A stretch of 64,000 nucleotides of DNA from Perkinsus chesapeaki ATCC PRA-425 (taxonomy: Eukaryota > Protista > Perkinsozoa), in NCBI GenBank assembly GCA_013115145.1, contig JAAPAO010000074.1, forward strand, positions 25,880-89,879, in the 5' to 3' direction. The notes beneath the pieces are model-generated. The model was not told where the DNA came from, searched no databases, and worked only from the letters and a program-made list of their open reading frames with translations. Positions 11,257 to 22,051 of this stretch are shown here, one piece after another (positions within the stretch are counted from its first letter, which is position 1; every line of letters begins with the position of its first letter). The position numbers and the translations under genes are program-made.

Positions 11257-13629
11257 TCATGCCACACGGACATCCATCAAACCAGCTACGGTGGAGTAGC
11301 GGCATCCCTTCTGAGGAGGAGGAGTACTGCCTTCTATATTGGTTATGTCCAGACTGTCCAGTCGGAGCCCACTGATGCACCAACCTCTTATCATGAACCC
11401 CACTTGGGCACTGAGTAAGAAGAAGAAGAACTTATGAGATATCATGACTGTAGGAGGTGTGGTAGTCTTACACACATCTCTGCTCGTTAGCTATATCGGT
11501 GGATAATGCAGGTGATGTTCCACTGCGGTATGATAACGTACCAGACGCTGCAACTACAGTATCCTATGAGTAATGAACAACAATAGAGTGACTATCAGAG
11601 GGGATGCTAAGATTTACCTCCCCACCAGCAGCATTAGACACTAATTGACCAACATGCCATACTAGAACACATCCACCATCAGGAGTGTTGTCTATATGGA
11701 TAGATGGAGATGACTAAGCAGTTGAATAATAATTGATAATATGTGGTAGTTGAGCACCTTATGATCGGTACGGCTCTTCATAAAGGTGTTCAAGTTACCA
11801 CTGGACACCGAAGAAGGTAGTGCAATACTTACAATAACATCATCAACTACTATACTAGGATGTTGTTGTTGATGGGGTCCCCTATCTGAAGTTGGGCTAC
11901 ATCAGCTGTGTTTGCATCCTTCTACTCACTATTCCTAGATAACATAGTTGCTCTAGTGTTAAGTACGGCGGATACACGTGGACGTGCTGTGAAGTCTATA
12001 CGCCCACCACTTCTATCAAAGGACATCTGAATGAAGGTGTTATTGCGTTTTATTAAACCACTTGCTTGATACTTTCAAATCTAACTGAATCGGCAATCGC
12101 CCCGACGCCTGTGCCCTCGAAAATGGAGTGTGGTAGTTACAAAGCGAATAGCGGCCATCAGCTGGAACAAATGATACCTTCCTATCTTTATACCACTTAT
12201 TGACATCTACACTGGGATGGAAATGTACAATACCTATGGGATAATAATATACAGCATCCATGATATGATCCAATACCACTAGTAATGATATCAATATTCC
12301 TAATATTAAGCGTTGCATGAGGGGATAGGCCATTGAGCTTTGATATAACCGATACATCACCAGCCTACGTAGAAAAGGTGTTGAAGAAGCGTTAATAAAG
12401 ATTAAAGCGGTTACCACATCAGCATCGACAACATAGCCTTCGTCATCTACTATACAGTTAAATGTCTCCACTACATCAACATAGAGCTCATTATGAGTAT
12501 AGTGGGGGGAATTGGGACGCCACCAATACTCTCCACCTGTTAGACAAGAGTCAAGCTATAGCTTCCTAGTAAGGGTGCTGCTAATACCGATATCAATGGT
12601 AGTTGCACTTGTGTCTCGATTATTAGCAGCATTAACTAGAGCACCAGATGATGCTGCCATAGCATTAGTAACACCAGTCATAACACTTGACATAGCGGAT
12701 GCTAGGAAGCTAGAGGTGGTAGTATTGGATGGAGCTAACAGGCTAACAATGTTCAATAGGAAAGCATTAATACCTTACTACCAACACCAAGGCTAAGATT
12801 GGGGCTAGGCTGCTGGGGAGCTACCACTTCATTACGACGATCGCTGGCCATCTTGGCAGATGTGCCGGCAACAGCTGCTATGAACTTACCAAGCATCGTA
12901 GGAGGAGGGAGCATGGCCTGTGGTTGATGGATAATTGGGACAAATATCCCAGCTGCGTTACCTCTAGGTTGGCCTTATTGGTTGTAAAGGGAAGGCCTGG
13001 TCCATCAATGATCTCATCTAATAGAATTGCTACTGTACTGAAGTTATCACGTAATAGCTCCTCATCCACTCTAGGATATCGATGACCTTTTCAAATACAT
13101 GTCTCAGGTAATGGTGTTACATTACCCTACCGACAAGTGATGAGGAGGCTAATGCCGCCGAACAGTAGTGTAGTAGGACTGAATACACTGTGTCTAGGAT
13201 ATCAAATAATAAAAGTGCTGATACATCAGTACCTATGATAGAGATGATGGTTGAGAAGTGATTGTTGGGGTATGCTTACTAACAACAGCAGCCAGGTAGA
13301 TATATTCTCTATATATGTATATTAATACACACGGAGTGCTATCATTACCATCAGTATCAACCTATTACAGCTATCACCACGGACTATACAATGGTAAGAT
13401 AGGATGACCTTTGATGCATGAACTATACCATAGAGGTTAGTTGGACACTTGTCCCTTTTATTAAATAGGGTTCGGACAAGCTTCCTATAGCTTGCTAAGG
13501 AATGGTGACGACGACGATACACTTTAGAGGTGATCTCCTCTCTAACGACATGACCACCGCCATCATCATCATCCGTTGGTGACACTCTTATTACCCGTAT
13601 GGATTCAATAAGAACAGACAGTCTATCAT
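11257..13629 (-). CDS. AP3M: Adaptor complex medium chain, AP-3 mu type
   Basis: Start MIDCLFLLNPYG. Longin part DEELLRDNFSTVAILLDEIIDGPGLPFTTNKANLE. Mu-homology motifs NELYVDVVETFNCIVDDEG and FHPSVDVNKWYKDRKVSFVPADGRYSLCNY. Terminus ISGLRLDSLDI...KGCRYSTVAGLMDVRVA*. Confidence 0.85.
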
Positions 13630-13711
13630 AAACCTCTTAACAACTACTGCAAAGTTAGTGTACACTATAACTCAAGGACCATGGACCATAGGACAACAAT
13701 ATAAGACCACA

Positions 13712-16700
13712 TTACGTACCGGATATATTTCCAGTATCATGTTTGGTAGGTATTAAGCTACTCTCTACTAACCTTTTCTGACTGCATACCTGCGCTAAAG
13801 GTCTAAGTGCATCAGGCTTCCGTTTAAGTAACACTTTAGACTCTCTCGACTTTGGCCGTGGTAGCTTCTTCCCAGCTTTAACAGCCTCCACAAGCCTTTT
13901 GTCTACTGGCCGCATAACAACATGTTTAACAGACCCCGTCGCCGCCACCGCAGCCAGGAAAGATGCCATTGATCCTTGCTTCTGAGAGTACCCAGCTATC
14001 TTCTTTAACTCATCAGCAATGTCTCTCTGTTGTTGGTGATATAGTTCTATATCTCTACTACTACCACGTACAACAGGCTCGTCCTGATCATCATCATAAA
14101 GGTCGGTATGGCTATTGACCGATGGTGCTCTAGAGGAGGACGCAGCGGCCTCAGAGTTAGTATCACAAGATAGAGACCCTAAAGTAGCGCTAGACTGTAG
14201 CCATCGATAGCTACTGACACTTTTCTTTTCCTCCGAAACTGTTCTCTCGGGTGCATTATCTGAGACTTCCATTCGGACAGTTCTCTGACTCTTCAGCTTG
14301 CTTAAACCAGCAATCTTCTTCCCTTCACCCAAGGAGCTTCTAACACTACCCTTCCTAGCTTCACTGCTCTTATCCACTGACACTGCTGCTGCTGCTGCCG
14401 CTTGCTGTTGTTGTTTTTCTTGTTGTATTTGTTCTGCCTCCTCTTGTTGCCTTTTAATAATATCCTCTATTGCCTGTACCTTCTTTGGGGCCATTGCTTG
14501 CTTTATCATATTCCTCTTCCTCACCCCCTTCACTTGTTCTTGTTGCTTGTTCAATACGCTCTTCACTACATTGCCTCTATGCAATGTGAACTTCTTATAC
14601 CATCTCAATATATCCTTCAAAGTGACCCTCCCATCAGTATCAGTATCAACCTCTTCAAACCACTCAGTAATAACAGAATCCACAGAGTCATGCTTTCCAA
14701 CTCTATTAAGTATACATCTCCTGCACAGCTGTATGTATGCATTCTTATCGATGCTTCTGGAACCCTCTGACACTAGGCTGTTAAACGCGGCAGATATCAT
14801 CCCTGCGGCGATGGTATCCAACTTCAATTTTCGAGTAAGTTTCTTAAATCTCTTCTCCTCAATAGGTAGTCCCTGAACATACCTCCCATTAGCTACATCA
14901 CAGAGCATTCTTACCTTTTCATCCTCTTCAGATGATATATCATCCTCACTGCATTCAGATGCCTTAACTGCTTGATAGGTGGCCCTGAGCCAGCCCTTAG
15001 CCCCCAAGGCACCCCAGTTCTCCTCGGCTATCGACATACGCCCCCCATCTACTCCTTCTTCTTGCTTTGCCGTGTCGTCAGCATTCGAAGCTACCGATGC
15101 ATTGGACTTCCGTTTAGCATCCCAAGCTGTAACGGCGACAACCTTGGTTAGGGCAGCCATACCAGGCTTTGATCCTGCAGTAGGACCACATAGGCAACAG
15201 ATGATGACATATGTTCTGCTACCAAAGCCACTATCCTCTTCCTCTTGGTTACTACCACTCTCCAGTTTCCATGCACCCAACCTCGCCACTATTTGCTGCA
15301 TTCCTAATACGAGACGATCTCGCTGCCGGCATACCTGCTGAGGGCATGGCTAGGCCACCTTCTGTACGGGTCCGCTAGGATTAATCAACACTACTTAGTG
15401 TGCTATATCATCAAATGTAGGATAAGAACTACCTCATCTTCGATAAGTGTTATCTCCTTCAGCCCTAAGTGCTGCACTTCTTCACTATGGTCGTCTGCGT
15501 ATTCATCTTGGAAATCAGCCCAATACCGCCAATGCCTCGAGATACCCTCCCACTGCTTAATATCCCGTATAAATCTTTCAGCCCTAAGACATAATTGGCA
15601 CATGATGGACGGGTTAAGACTACCTTATATGTACCCTTCGGATAGTCCTTTCAAGTAGGGTTATGACTGAGCTGGAGTAAGAGTGTGGTGCCTCTCCTAC
15701 TGGATGAGGTGGTGCATCCATAGCCTCTCTTTTGGAATTGTTATATCGTTGTGAGGCACACAAATAGAACTCTATAAGCCTCATTAAAGGGAGATGATCT
15801 GGATGAAGGTCTGAGGTACAGAGGTACCTTATCACTTTAGACCTTCCAAGACTTACTAATAACATCTCTAAGACCATCATGTACAAAGAATAGTGTCGAT
15901 GGTGAGTCCGGTGTATCACCAAGTTGTACATGGAAATGCCATGGAGATGATAAAGGCTCCTCAAGCCAGTCTAGTACAGCCGATACTATAACCAACATAC
16001 CACGATCATCATCATCATTAGATATATCAAATCTCAGCCCGAGGTACTAAAGACAACAACTGTTATTAGCGGTAAGCCAAGGAGCATCATCGTTGCCACC
16101 ACCTGTTGGGCATATGCCTCTGGCGTTGTGGTATCAGATAGACCCTTTAGCCCTGACCTCCGACATAACTTAGTGATATCTTCAATTCGCCCTAGTAACA
16201 GATTTTTACGCTTATGAGGGGATATGCCACTCCTTGGTGGTATATAGGATATATCCTCCTCTCCCGGTTGGGATGGCCCTAAGTACAAAGTGTACACAAT
16301 GCCACCGATGAAGGGCTACTTCCCCGTCCGGCTGCTGATGCCCCCTCTGGTGCTGTAGCTGGCCTATGATGGTGTTTCCTAATCCACGGCCTTCTACTTC
16401 GTGAACGATGCCGTCCACACTTCTTTCGTTTATGCTTTCTAGTAACTAACCCATGTTGTGGCTGCTGCGGGTGCTGCTCTTCATCATCAGACTGGCCTAT
16501 AGGATAGATAGTATGTATTATAAGTAGATGTAATTACACTCAATTGTCCCAGGCATTGGTAGCTCATGAACTTCACCGTCAATAGTAATATGTATGGTAA
16601 ATGACAGTTCCCTCAGAGGAATAACCTTAGACCCTCCTTCAGGTGACTTAGCCAATGTTGCTGCTGCTGATGGCTGGTGGTGGTAGTGCTCCCCCTCCTC

Positions 16701-16712
16701 TTCACCGGTCAT
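13712..16712 (-). CDS. Hypothetical protein with EF-hand and coiled-coil/low-complexity tail
   Basis: A 1.6 kb terminal exon (ORF 13712-15301) contains WFEEVDTDTDGRVTLKDILRWY. Upstream short exons run to ATG 16712 (MTGEEEGEH). Confidence 0.6.
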
Positions 16713-16893
16713 TCAAAGCTTTGTACTTGTTAAAGCGGGGCAGTTGGGAAATGAAAGAATAACCTATATGCCGATAGCATCTCACCCACCACTACTGTGA
16801 CTGACTCTTTGCTTATTGAAATAACTCAGATCCTATACATTATGAAGTATCACAAAGAGGTATATAAACAACAACAAGTAATGGTTATATCAC

Positions 16894-19800
16894 TTAGGGC
16901 TCCTCAGGAGCTTGTGGTAGTAGCCCTTCAGGGTCTACAGCACCAACATCTCTCTTCACATTCTCATTAACATCAGCAGCAGCAGACTCAGTAGAAGAGG
17001 ACTCTACAGTTGTTGCTGACTTCTCCTTCACCGCCGTAGGGTCAGTACCACCGTTACACTGTGTTGGCTGATTCTCAACTGGAGTGGTGGTGGTGGTGGT
17101 GGTGGTGGTATTGTTGTTAAGAGTAGTATCATGATCCTTGTGGTCGTGGTGGTGGTTATCCTCTAATATTGTCTCTAGACCTTCAGCTGCCATTGGTAAT
17201 AGCCTATTGACTGTAGCCAATAACTGTCTAGCTGTATCAGTGTCCCTCAGATCAGGATCAGTAGCCGTAACCATAAGCAAGTTACGGACACCTTGCACTA
17301 GGCCTTCATCAGACTCGACATTAGGACACTTGCACACCACTTCCACCAAAGCTGGTATAGGGTCGCCCCATAATCCCTGAGTCTTAGACAAGTGATACAG
17401 GACAACTCTTAAGGCAACCTTGCTGAGGGAAGCTGAGTGGTAGTGCTGCAGTAATGGTATAAAGATATTAGTAACCAGCTTAACCCAATACTGAGATGGT
17501 ATCTGGGCTTGAGGACCCTCCAAGAGCAGGACTCGTAGAGTGTTCTCAGCTCGACTAACCAAAGCCTCATGCTTAGTACGCACCACAATGGTAGATACAG
17601 CTGTAACAGTAGGTATCCATAAAGGCAACCATTCACTAACCTCACCATGGGCTTGGGATATGACGGCAGGTAGTAGAGCAGATAGTACATCCAATGACTT
17701 GCTTGCTAAGGATTCATCAAGTTGACATATAGAGAAGGCACAGAGGACACGTGTTAAGGATATATAGAGGAGTGATGAGGCAGGGGATAAACCAGAGTCT
17801 GCTAGGTGGGAGACACACTGCATGGCAAAGTTGAAGGAGACCGCTGAAGTAGATGGACACTCAGCAATGGCTTGAAGAAGTGCTAATATTGCACTTAAAG
17901 TATCCTCATCAGGCTGCCTCTGTCTCACCAACAGCAACAGACCACTAGCTGCTCGCTCAGCAACTCTAGCAAACACCGACTTAGGTAAAGATGCTAGACT
18001 AAGCAAGAGACTGCGGACCTGTGGGAGGCCATCATCAAGCTCTATAAGCCGTACACATATCCTCATGGTGTTAACAGCTACCCTCTCTAAGAATGCTGGA
18101 TTCTCCACTGCCTTATCAGGCAGTTCATGAGCATACTGCAGTAAAGACAACAAATGAGGGGCCGCTACCTCACGACAGAGATTTGGCTCAGCATTCGACA
18201 CATACACTGATGTTGTTACTGTAGTTAAGATCTCAAGGTTCATCACTGGATCGGCTACCCTACGCCATTCAGCCCAGGGCTGCCATGCTCCACCAGGAGG
18301 ATCTTGTTCAGGTACCCAAGAGGCTTCCTTACATAGGACCGTGACCAAGGCCTTGAGACTAGGCATACCCAATAGCCTTATACGGTCTGCTGAGAAACAG
18401 TCCGCTAGTCTAACTGGATCAACTTCAAGCTGTTTCTTAAGATGCTGCTCGACATTATCAACTCCTTCTGGTGTAGCAGTATGTGGGGCCGATAACACTG
18501 CCTCTAATGGCATTACTTGGGATACAGTAGACTCAGCTTTCCTAAGCGATGCTGTTGGGGTTGACATACCAGCATCCTTAGTTTGCTCTTGCCCATCATC
18601 CTCATCATCACTCTCATCAGAATCACTAATACCACCAAAGTAGCTAGACAACACTGCCAAGAAGCCACTGTTATTAGCCATGTCCTCTGCCCCCTGTGAA
18701 TGACTACGAGAGGACTTCCTCATTGGGGCCATACCAGGTGGATGGAATGCTTCTGGGGCGATGGACACCAAAGGTTTGCCATGGGAGTCTACAAAGTCCT
18801 CAAGCTCAGCTAGGCTATCTGGCAGCAAGCCCAGTGACCATAGGCCAGTGAGCCAGTTGAGTATAGCACGCCAACCACTCTCCTGTAGTAGGAAACCGTA
18901 CTCCCTCAGCCACATACCTAAGGTCTGGGCTGCTAACTGGGAACGTACAGTAAGAGGAGGACAGAAGAATTGACCAAGCCGACAGACTATCTTATTAAAA
19001 GCATCAGCATGCCTCAATAAAGCTGCTGCACGAGCAAGATCTATCCAACCAGCCAATGATACTTGGAATGCATCAGCAGTAGCAAAGGACCTTGATAAAC
19101 TATCTAATATTTCACCATCATTCCAAACCACTTTAAACATGGCCTTATCATGGGCTAAGGACCAACTACCACCAGTTGCCAATGAGAACTCACCAACCTC
19201 ATAAGATTTCCGCATAAGGTTATCCCATTCTCTTTGGTCCACCAATCTCTCAGCACCAGGGGTAGAATCAAACAGTCTTATCTCCTCACTGTAGATGGAG
19301 TTATATATATCAGTAAGGAAGTCAGAGTCAAGATCTCTACCAGCATCAATACCTCTATTATTACGCTTGAACTCATCTAATGACATCTTATTCTTAACCA
19401 TAGGATTGTGTAGATCAGTATTCAGCATAATAAGGGAATAGCTTAATATAAATACAGTATCAGAGGAATGCATCACCACTGGATCGGTAGGGTTACCATC
19501 AGCATCCATCTCACATTCCCTATACACCAGCCTAGCATCAGGCCCTTCCTCAGGTGCCCTTTGCTGTGCACCAAAATAGGCCAATGAGAATGATTCAACA
19601 ATCCTCTCTATCTCTTGAGCTTCACCAGGCAATCTGAAGGTAGCTAACATAACCCTCAGTGCCTCAACCACTGGCATACCAGCAAACTTGAAGGAATTCA
19701 TAAACTCTTTCCTAATCTCACCATTGAAGTCCTGTCGCTTGGCCAAGAACTCCCCCAAGACTTTCATATCCAACCCAGGAGTATGCCGACAGAAGTTGGC

Positions 19801-21726
19801 AAAGGCCTTAGCCGTGACAGGATCAGGTAACAATCCAAGTGACTGTAGTGTAGGGACACATTTACTAGGGCTAGAGTTGAAGGCTTGTGCAGCTAGTGCT
19901 AACCGACGCTTCTGTTCCTTTCGGAGCTCTAATTTAGCACCTTGCTCCTCAGTAGTATCACCACCACCACCACCTTGTTGCTGTTGTGGTGGTGTATCTG
20001 TCCTAGTTAGTGTAGGTTGTAAATTTCCCTGTGTTGATAGTTCCTTAGATGCTTGTTCAGTACGTACAGCAATACCCCTAACTATAGCCAATAGACCATT
20101 TAATGCCATATTAGCCAGATTCTTCTTCCTCTCATTCTCCACTGCTATTGATGCCTCCTTACCACCTTTCTCGTCCTTAACTGGTTCAGTATCATTAGCA
20201 ACACTCATAAGCAGCTTTACTAACCTTTCAAATAGATTAGTACAATGTACATCACAATCATAGTTCTCATATAGCTCTACCATAAGCTCAGGTTCACGGC
20301 AGAACTCCAACAATGATTCCAATGCTAGCTCCCTTTGGTCCATTGACCTATTACCTGATGCTGGTACCATCTTCAAGTGTATACTGGTGAAGAAGATCTC
20401 CAATTGCACTTTAAGATGTCGTTTAAAATGTTGGAATAGGTTAAATACTGCCCTAAGTGTAGCCGATAACACCCTAAGGCTCTCATTGGCTGTTGAGTTC
20501 ATTAATAAAGCCTTACATATATCATTTTGTATAACAGATATAAGTGCTTGATGATAACACATATCAGCCCCACCAGTTTCCAATGCCACATTTAACAAGC
20601 TTAGCCCAAGTGATCTAGTCTCTTCCATAGCCTTAGCTGTTTCTGCGGAGTCTGATGAACCTCTAAATGGTCCACCCAATGACAGTCTACCACCCTCCTC
20701 AAATAGATCCCTCATCTCCGCTTCAGGATCGCAGCCTCCAGCCTCGGGACTAGGTGCCCTTGGATGCCGATACTGTTGCGGAGGAGTGCCGCTCCGCTGC
20801 GGAGTCCTGGACCGTACAGATGAGTTACCCTGTTGTTGTTGAGTGGCTGATGATGATGGGCCTCTTGGACCACTTTCCGGCCCTTGGTCTGAGCCAGGGA
20901 AGCCAGCAGTCATAAGGAATGCCATATATCGTAATAAGCAATATCTAGCAGGCACCGAATAGCCACCAGTACCACCACCACCACCACGTTGGTTAAATAC
21001 AGTCAAGACTATAAGTGTTAGCTGCTGCTCAGCACTACTCCTCAATAGATGTGATAGCCCCATAGGTTGCTTAGCTACCTGATGTATCTTCCGCACCATT
21101 TGCCATACACATGCATCAGTGAGCTGTGCCCCAGTGGGACATCTTAGAGCATCCACCAATACTGTTATCATCTTTAATAATACCACCTCATCATCTGGGG
21201 TCCCTTCAGCTCCAAATCGGCAATTAATAACACCAGCAACAAGAGTATTAATAGCCTTAGGGCCCATCTTATCAGTTGGTATCAAACCAAATGATACAAA
21301 CTTATTAACACTATCCAAAGCCACAGCAGTTAATGGACCACTGGCATCCTCACTTTGTATAACATTAAGGAAGGGTGCTAAATACCTAACTGTATCAAAC
21401 TCATTAAAGTCATCAAGATAGGTTAATTCGTCGAATAATGCTTGAAACTGTTTAATAGCTCCTTCACGGAATATAGCAGAGCGATGTGACCATGATCGTT
21501 CACTCTTCTCCAACTTTAATACTGTTAATATATTATGTATCTCATTTTTAACACATTTAGCTGGATATTTAGCACCAACCCATACTGGTACACCATCTGT
21601 TCTTGTTGTTGATGTTGGGCGTTGTTGCTGTTGTTGCCCATCAGCACTCTCAGTGGAGGAGGGGGTATTGGAGCCCACACCTCCACCATCATCATCCATG
21701 CTGCCACTACCAACGACCAGCGTCAT
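16894..21726 (-). CDS. GBF1: Large Sec7-domain ARF guanine nucleotide exchange factor, GBF1/GNOM/Gea family, single exon, 1610 aa
   Basis: DCB region YLAPFLNVIQSEDASGPLTAVALDSVNKF, HUS box ELYENYDCD, and Sec7 motifs FRLPGEAQEIERIVE (catalytic Glu finger) and FILSYSLIMLNTDLHNP. Confidence 0.92.
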   Translation of the reverse strand: MTLVVGSGSMDDDGGGVGSNTPSSTESADGQQQQQRPTSTTRTDGVPVWVGAKYPAKCVKNEIHNILTVLKLEKSERSWSHRSAIFREGAIKQFQALFDELTYLDDFNEFDTVRYLAPFLNVIQSEDASGPLTAVALDSVNKFVSFGLIPTDKMGPKAINTLVAGVINCRFGAEGTPDDEVVLLKMITVLVDALRCPTGAQLTDACVWQMVRKIHQVAKQPMGLSHLLRSSAEQQLTLIVLTVFNQRGGGGGTGGYSVPARYCLLRYMAFLMTAGFPGSDQGPESGPRGPSSSATQQQQGNSSVRSRTPQRSGTPPQQYRHPRAPSPEAGGCDPEAEMRDLFEEGGRLSLGGPFRGSSDSAETAKAMEETRSLGLSLLNVALETGGADMCYHQALISVIQNDICKALLMNSTANESLRVLSATLRAVFNLFQHFKRHLKVQLEIFFTSIHLKMVPASGNRSMDQRELALESLLEFCREPELMVELYENYDCDVHCTNLFERLVKLLMSVANDTEPVKDEKGGKEASIAVENERKKNLANMALNGLLAIVRGIAVRTEQASKELSTQGNLQPTLTRTDTPPQQQQGGGGGDTTEEQGAKLELRKEQKRRLALAAQAFNSSPSKCVPTLQSLGLLPDPVTAKAFANFCRHTPGLDMKVLGEFLAKRQDFNGEIRKEFMNSFKFAGMPVVEALRVMLATFRLPGEAQEIERIVESFSLAYFGAQQRAPEEGPDARLVYRECEMDADGNPTDPVVMHSSDTVFILSYSLIMLNTDLHNPMVKNKMSLDEFKRNNRGIDAGRDLDSDFLTDIYNSIYSEEIRLFDSTPGAERLVDQREWDNLMRKSYEVGEFSLATGGSWSLAHDKAMFKVVWNDGEILDSLSRSFATADAFQVSLAGWIDLARAAALLRHADAFNKIVCRLGQFFCPPLTVRSQLAAQTLGMWLREYGFLLQESGWRAILNWLTGLWSLGLLPDSLAELEDFVDSHGKPLVSIAPEAFHPPGMAPMRKSSRSHSQGAEDMANNSGFLAVLSSYFGGISDSDESDDEDDGQEQTKDAGMSTPTASLRKAESTVSQVMPLEAVLSAPHTATPEGVDNVEQHLKKQLEVDPVRLADCFSADRIRLLGMPSLKALVTVLCKEASWVPEQDPPGGAWQPWAEWRRVADPVMNLEILTTVTTSVYVSNAEPNLCREVAAPHLLSLLQYAHELPDKAVENPAFLERVAVNTMRICVRLIELDDGLPQVRSLLLSLASLPKSVFARVAERAASGLLLLVRQRQPDEDTLSAILALLQAIAECPSTSAVSFNFAMQCVSHLADSGLSPASSLLYISLTRVLCAFSICQLDESLASKSLDVLSALLPAVISQAHGEVSEWLPLWIPTVTAVSTIVVRTKHEALVSRAENTLRVLLLEGPQAQIPSQYWVKLVTNIFIPLLQHYHSASLSKVALRVVLYHLSKTQGLWGDPIPALVEVVCKCPNVESDEGLVQGVRNLLMVTATDPDLRDTDTARQLLATVNRLLPMAAEGLETILEDNHHHDHKDHDTTLNNNTTTTTTTTTPVENQPTQCNGGTDPTAVKEKSATTVESSSTESAAADVNENVKRDVGAVDPEGLLPQAPEEP
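17086..17109 (+). repeat. (GGT)n microsatellite encoding a poly-Thr run in the GBF1 tail
   Basis: gtggtggtggtggtggtggtggtggt read directly; the protein shows NNTTTTTTTTTP. Confidence 0.8.
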
Positions 21727-22051
21727 AGATAAAAACTAAAGGATTGTTATTGGTAAGGTGGTAACTCAATAGGAAGGTAAAGTGAGCAAAATGATGGTAT
21801 TAACCGTAGCTGCTGCTGCTGCTGCCGACACATGTGATAATGTTATTATAGATAAATATGGTTAAGAATATATTATCATCTCTCTATTCCAACTTTAACT
21901 TGCCTTACGACAATATAGTAGTAATAACAACAACAAGGTGGTGGTGGTAAAGTTAACAGTGATGGTAGTATAAGGGGAGGACAGACAACAGTAGTTGATT
22001 GTATAAGATTATAAGACATTAACAACATGCACTAATTCATTATATAAGTCA

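Noticed and set aside
14298-14876. Hydrophobic Cys-rich plus-strand ORFs that look like membrane proteins (also 19688-20263, 42265-42510, 45184-45576)
   Set aside because: They are antisense to Lys/Glu/Gln-rich exons; the hydrophobicity is the mirror of purine-rich sense codons.
15403-15603. CQLC motif as a possible B-box or zinc finger
   Set aside because: No second Cys/His ligand pair with suitable spacing could be found.
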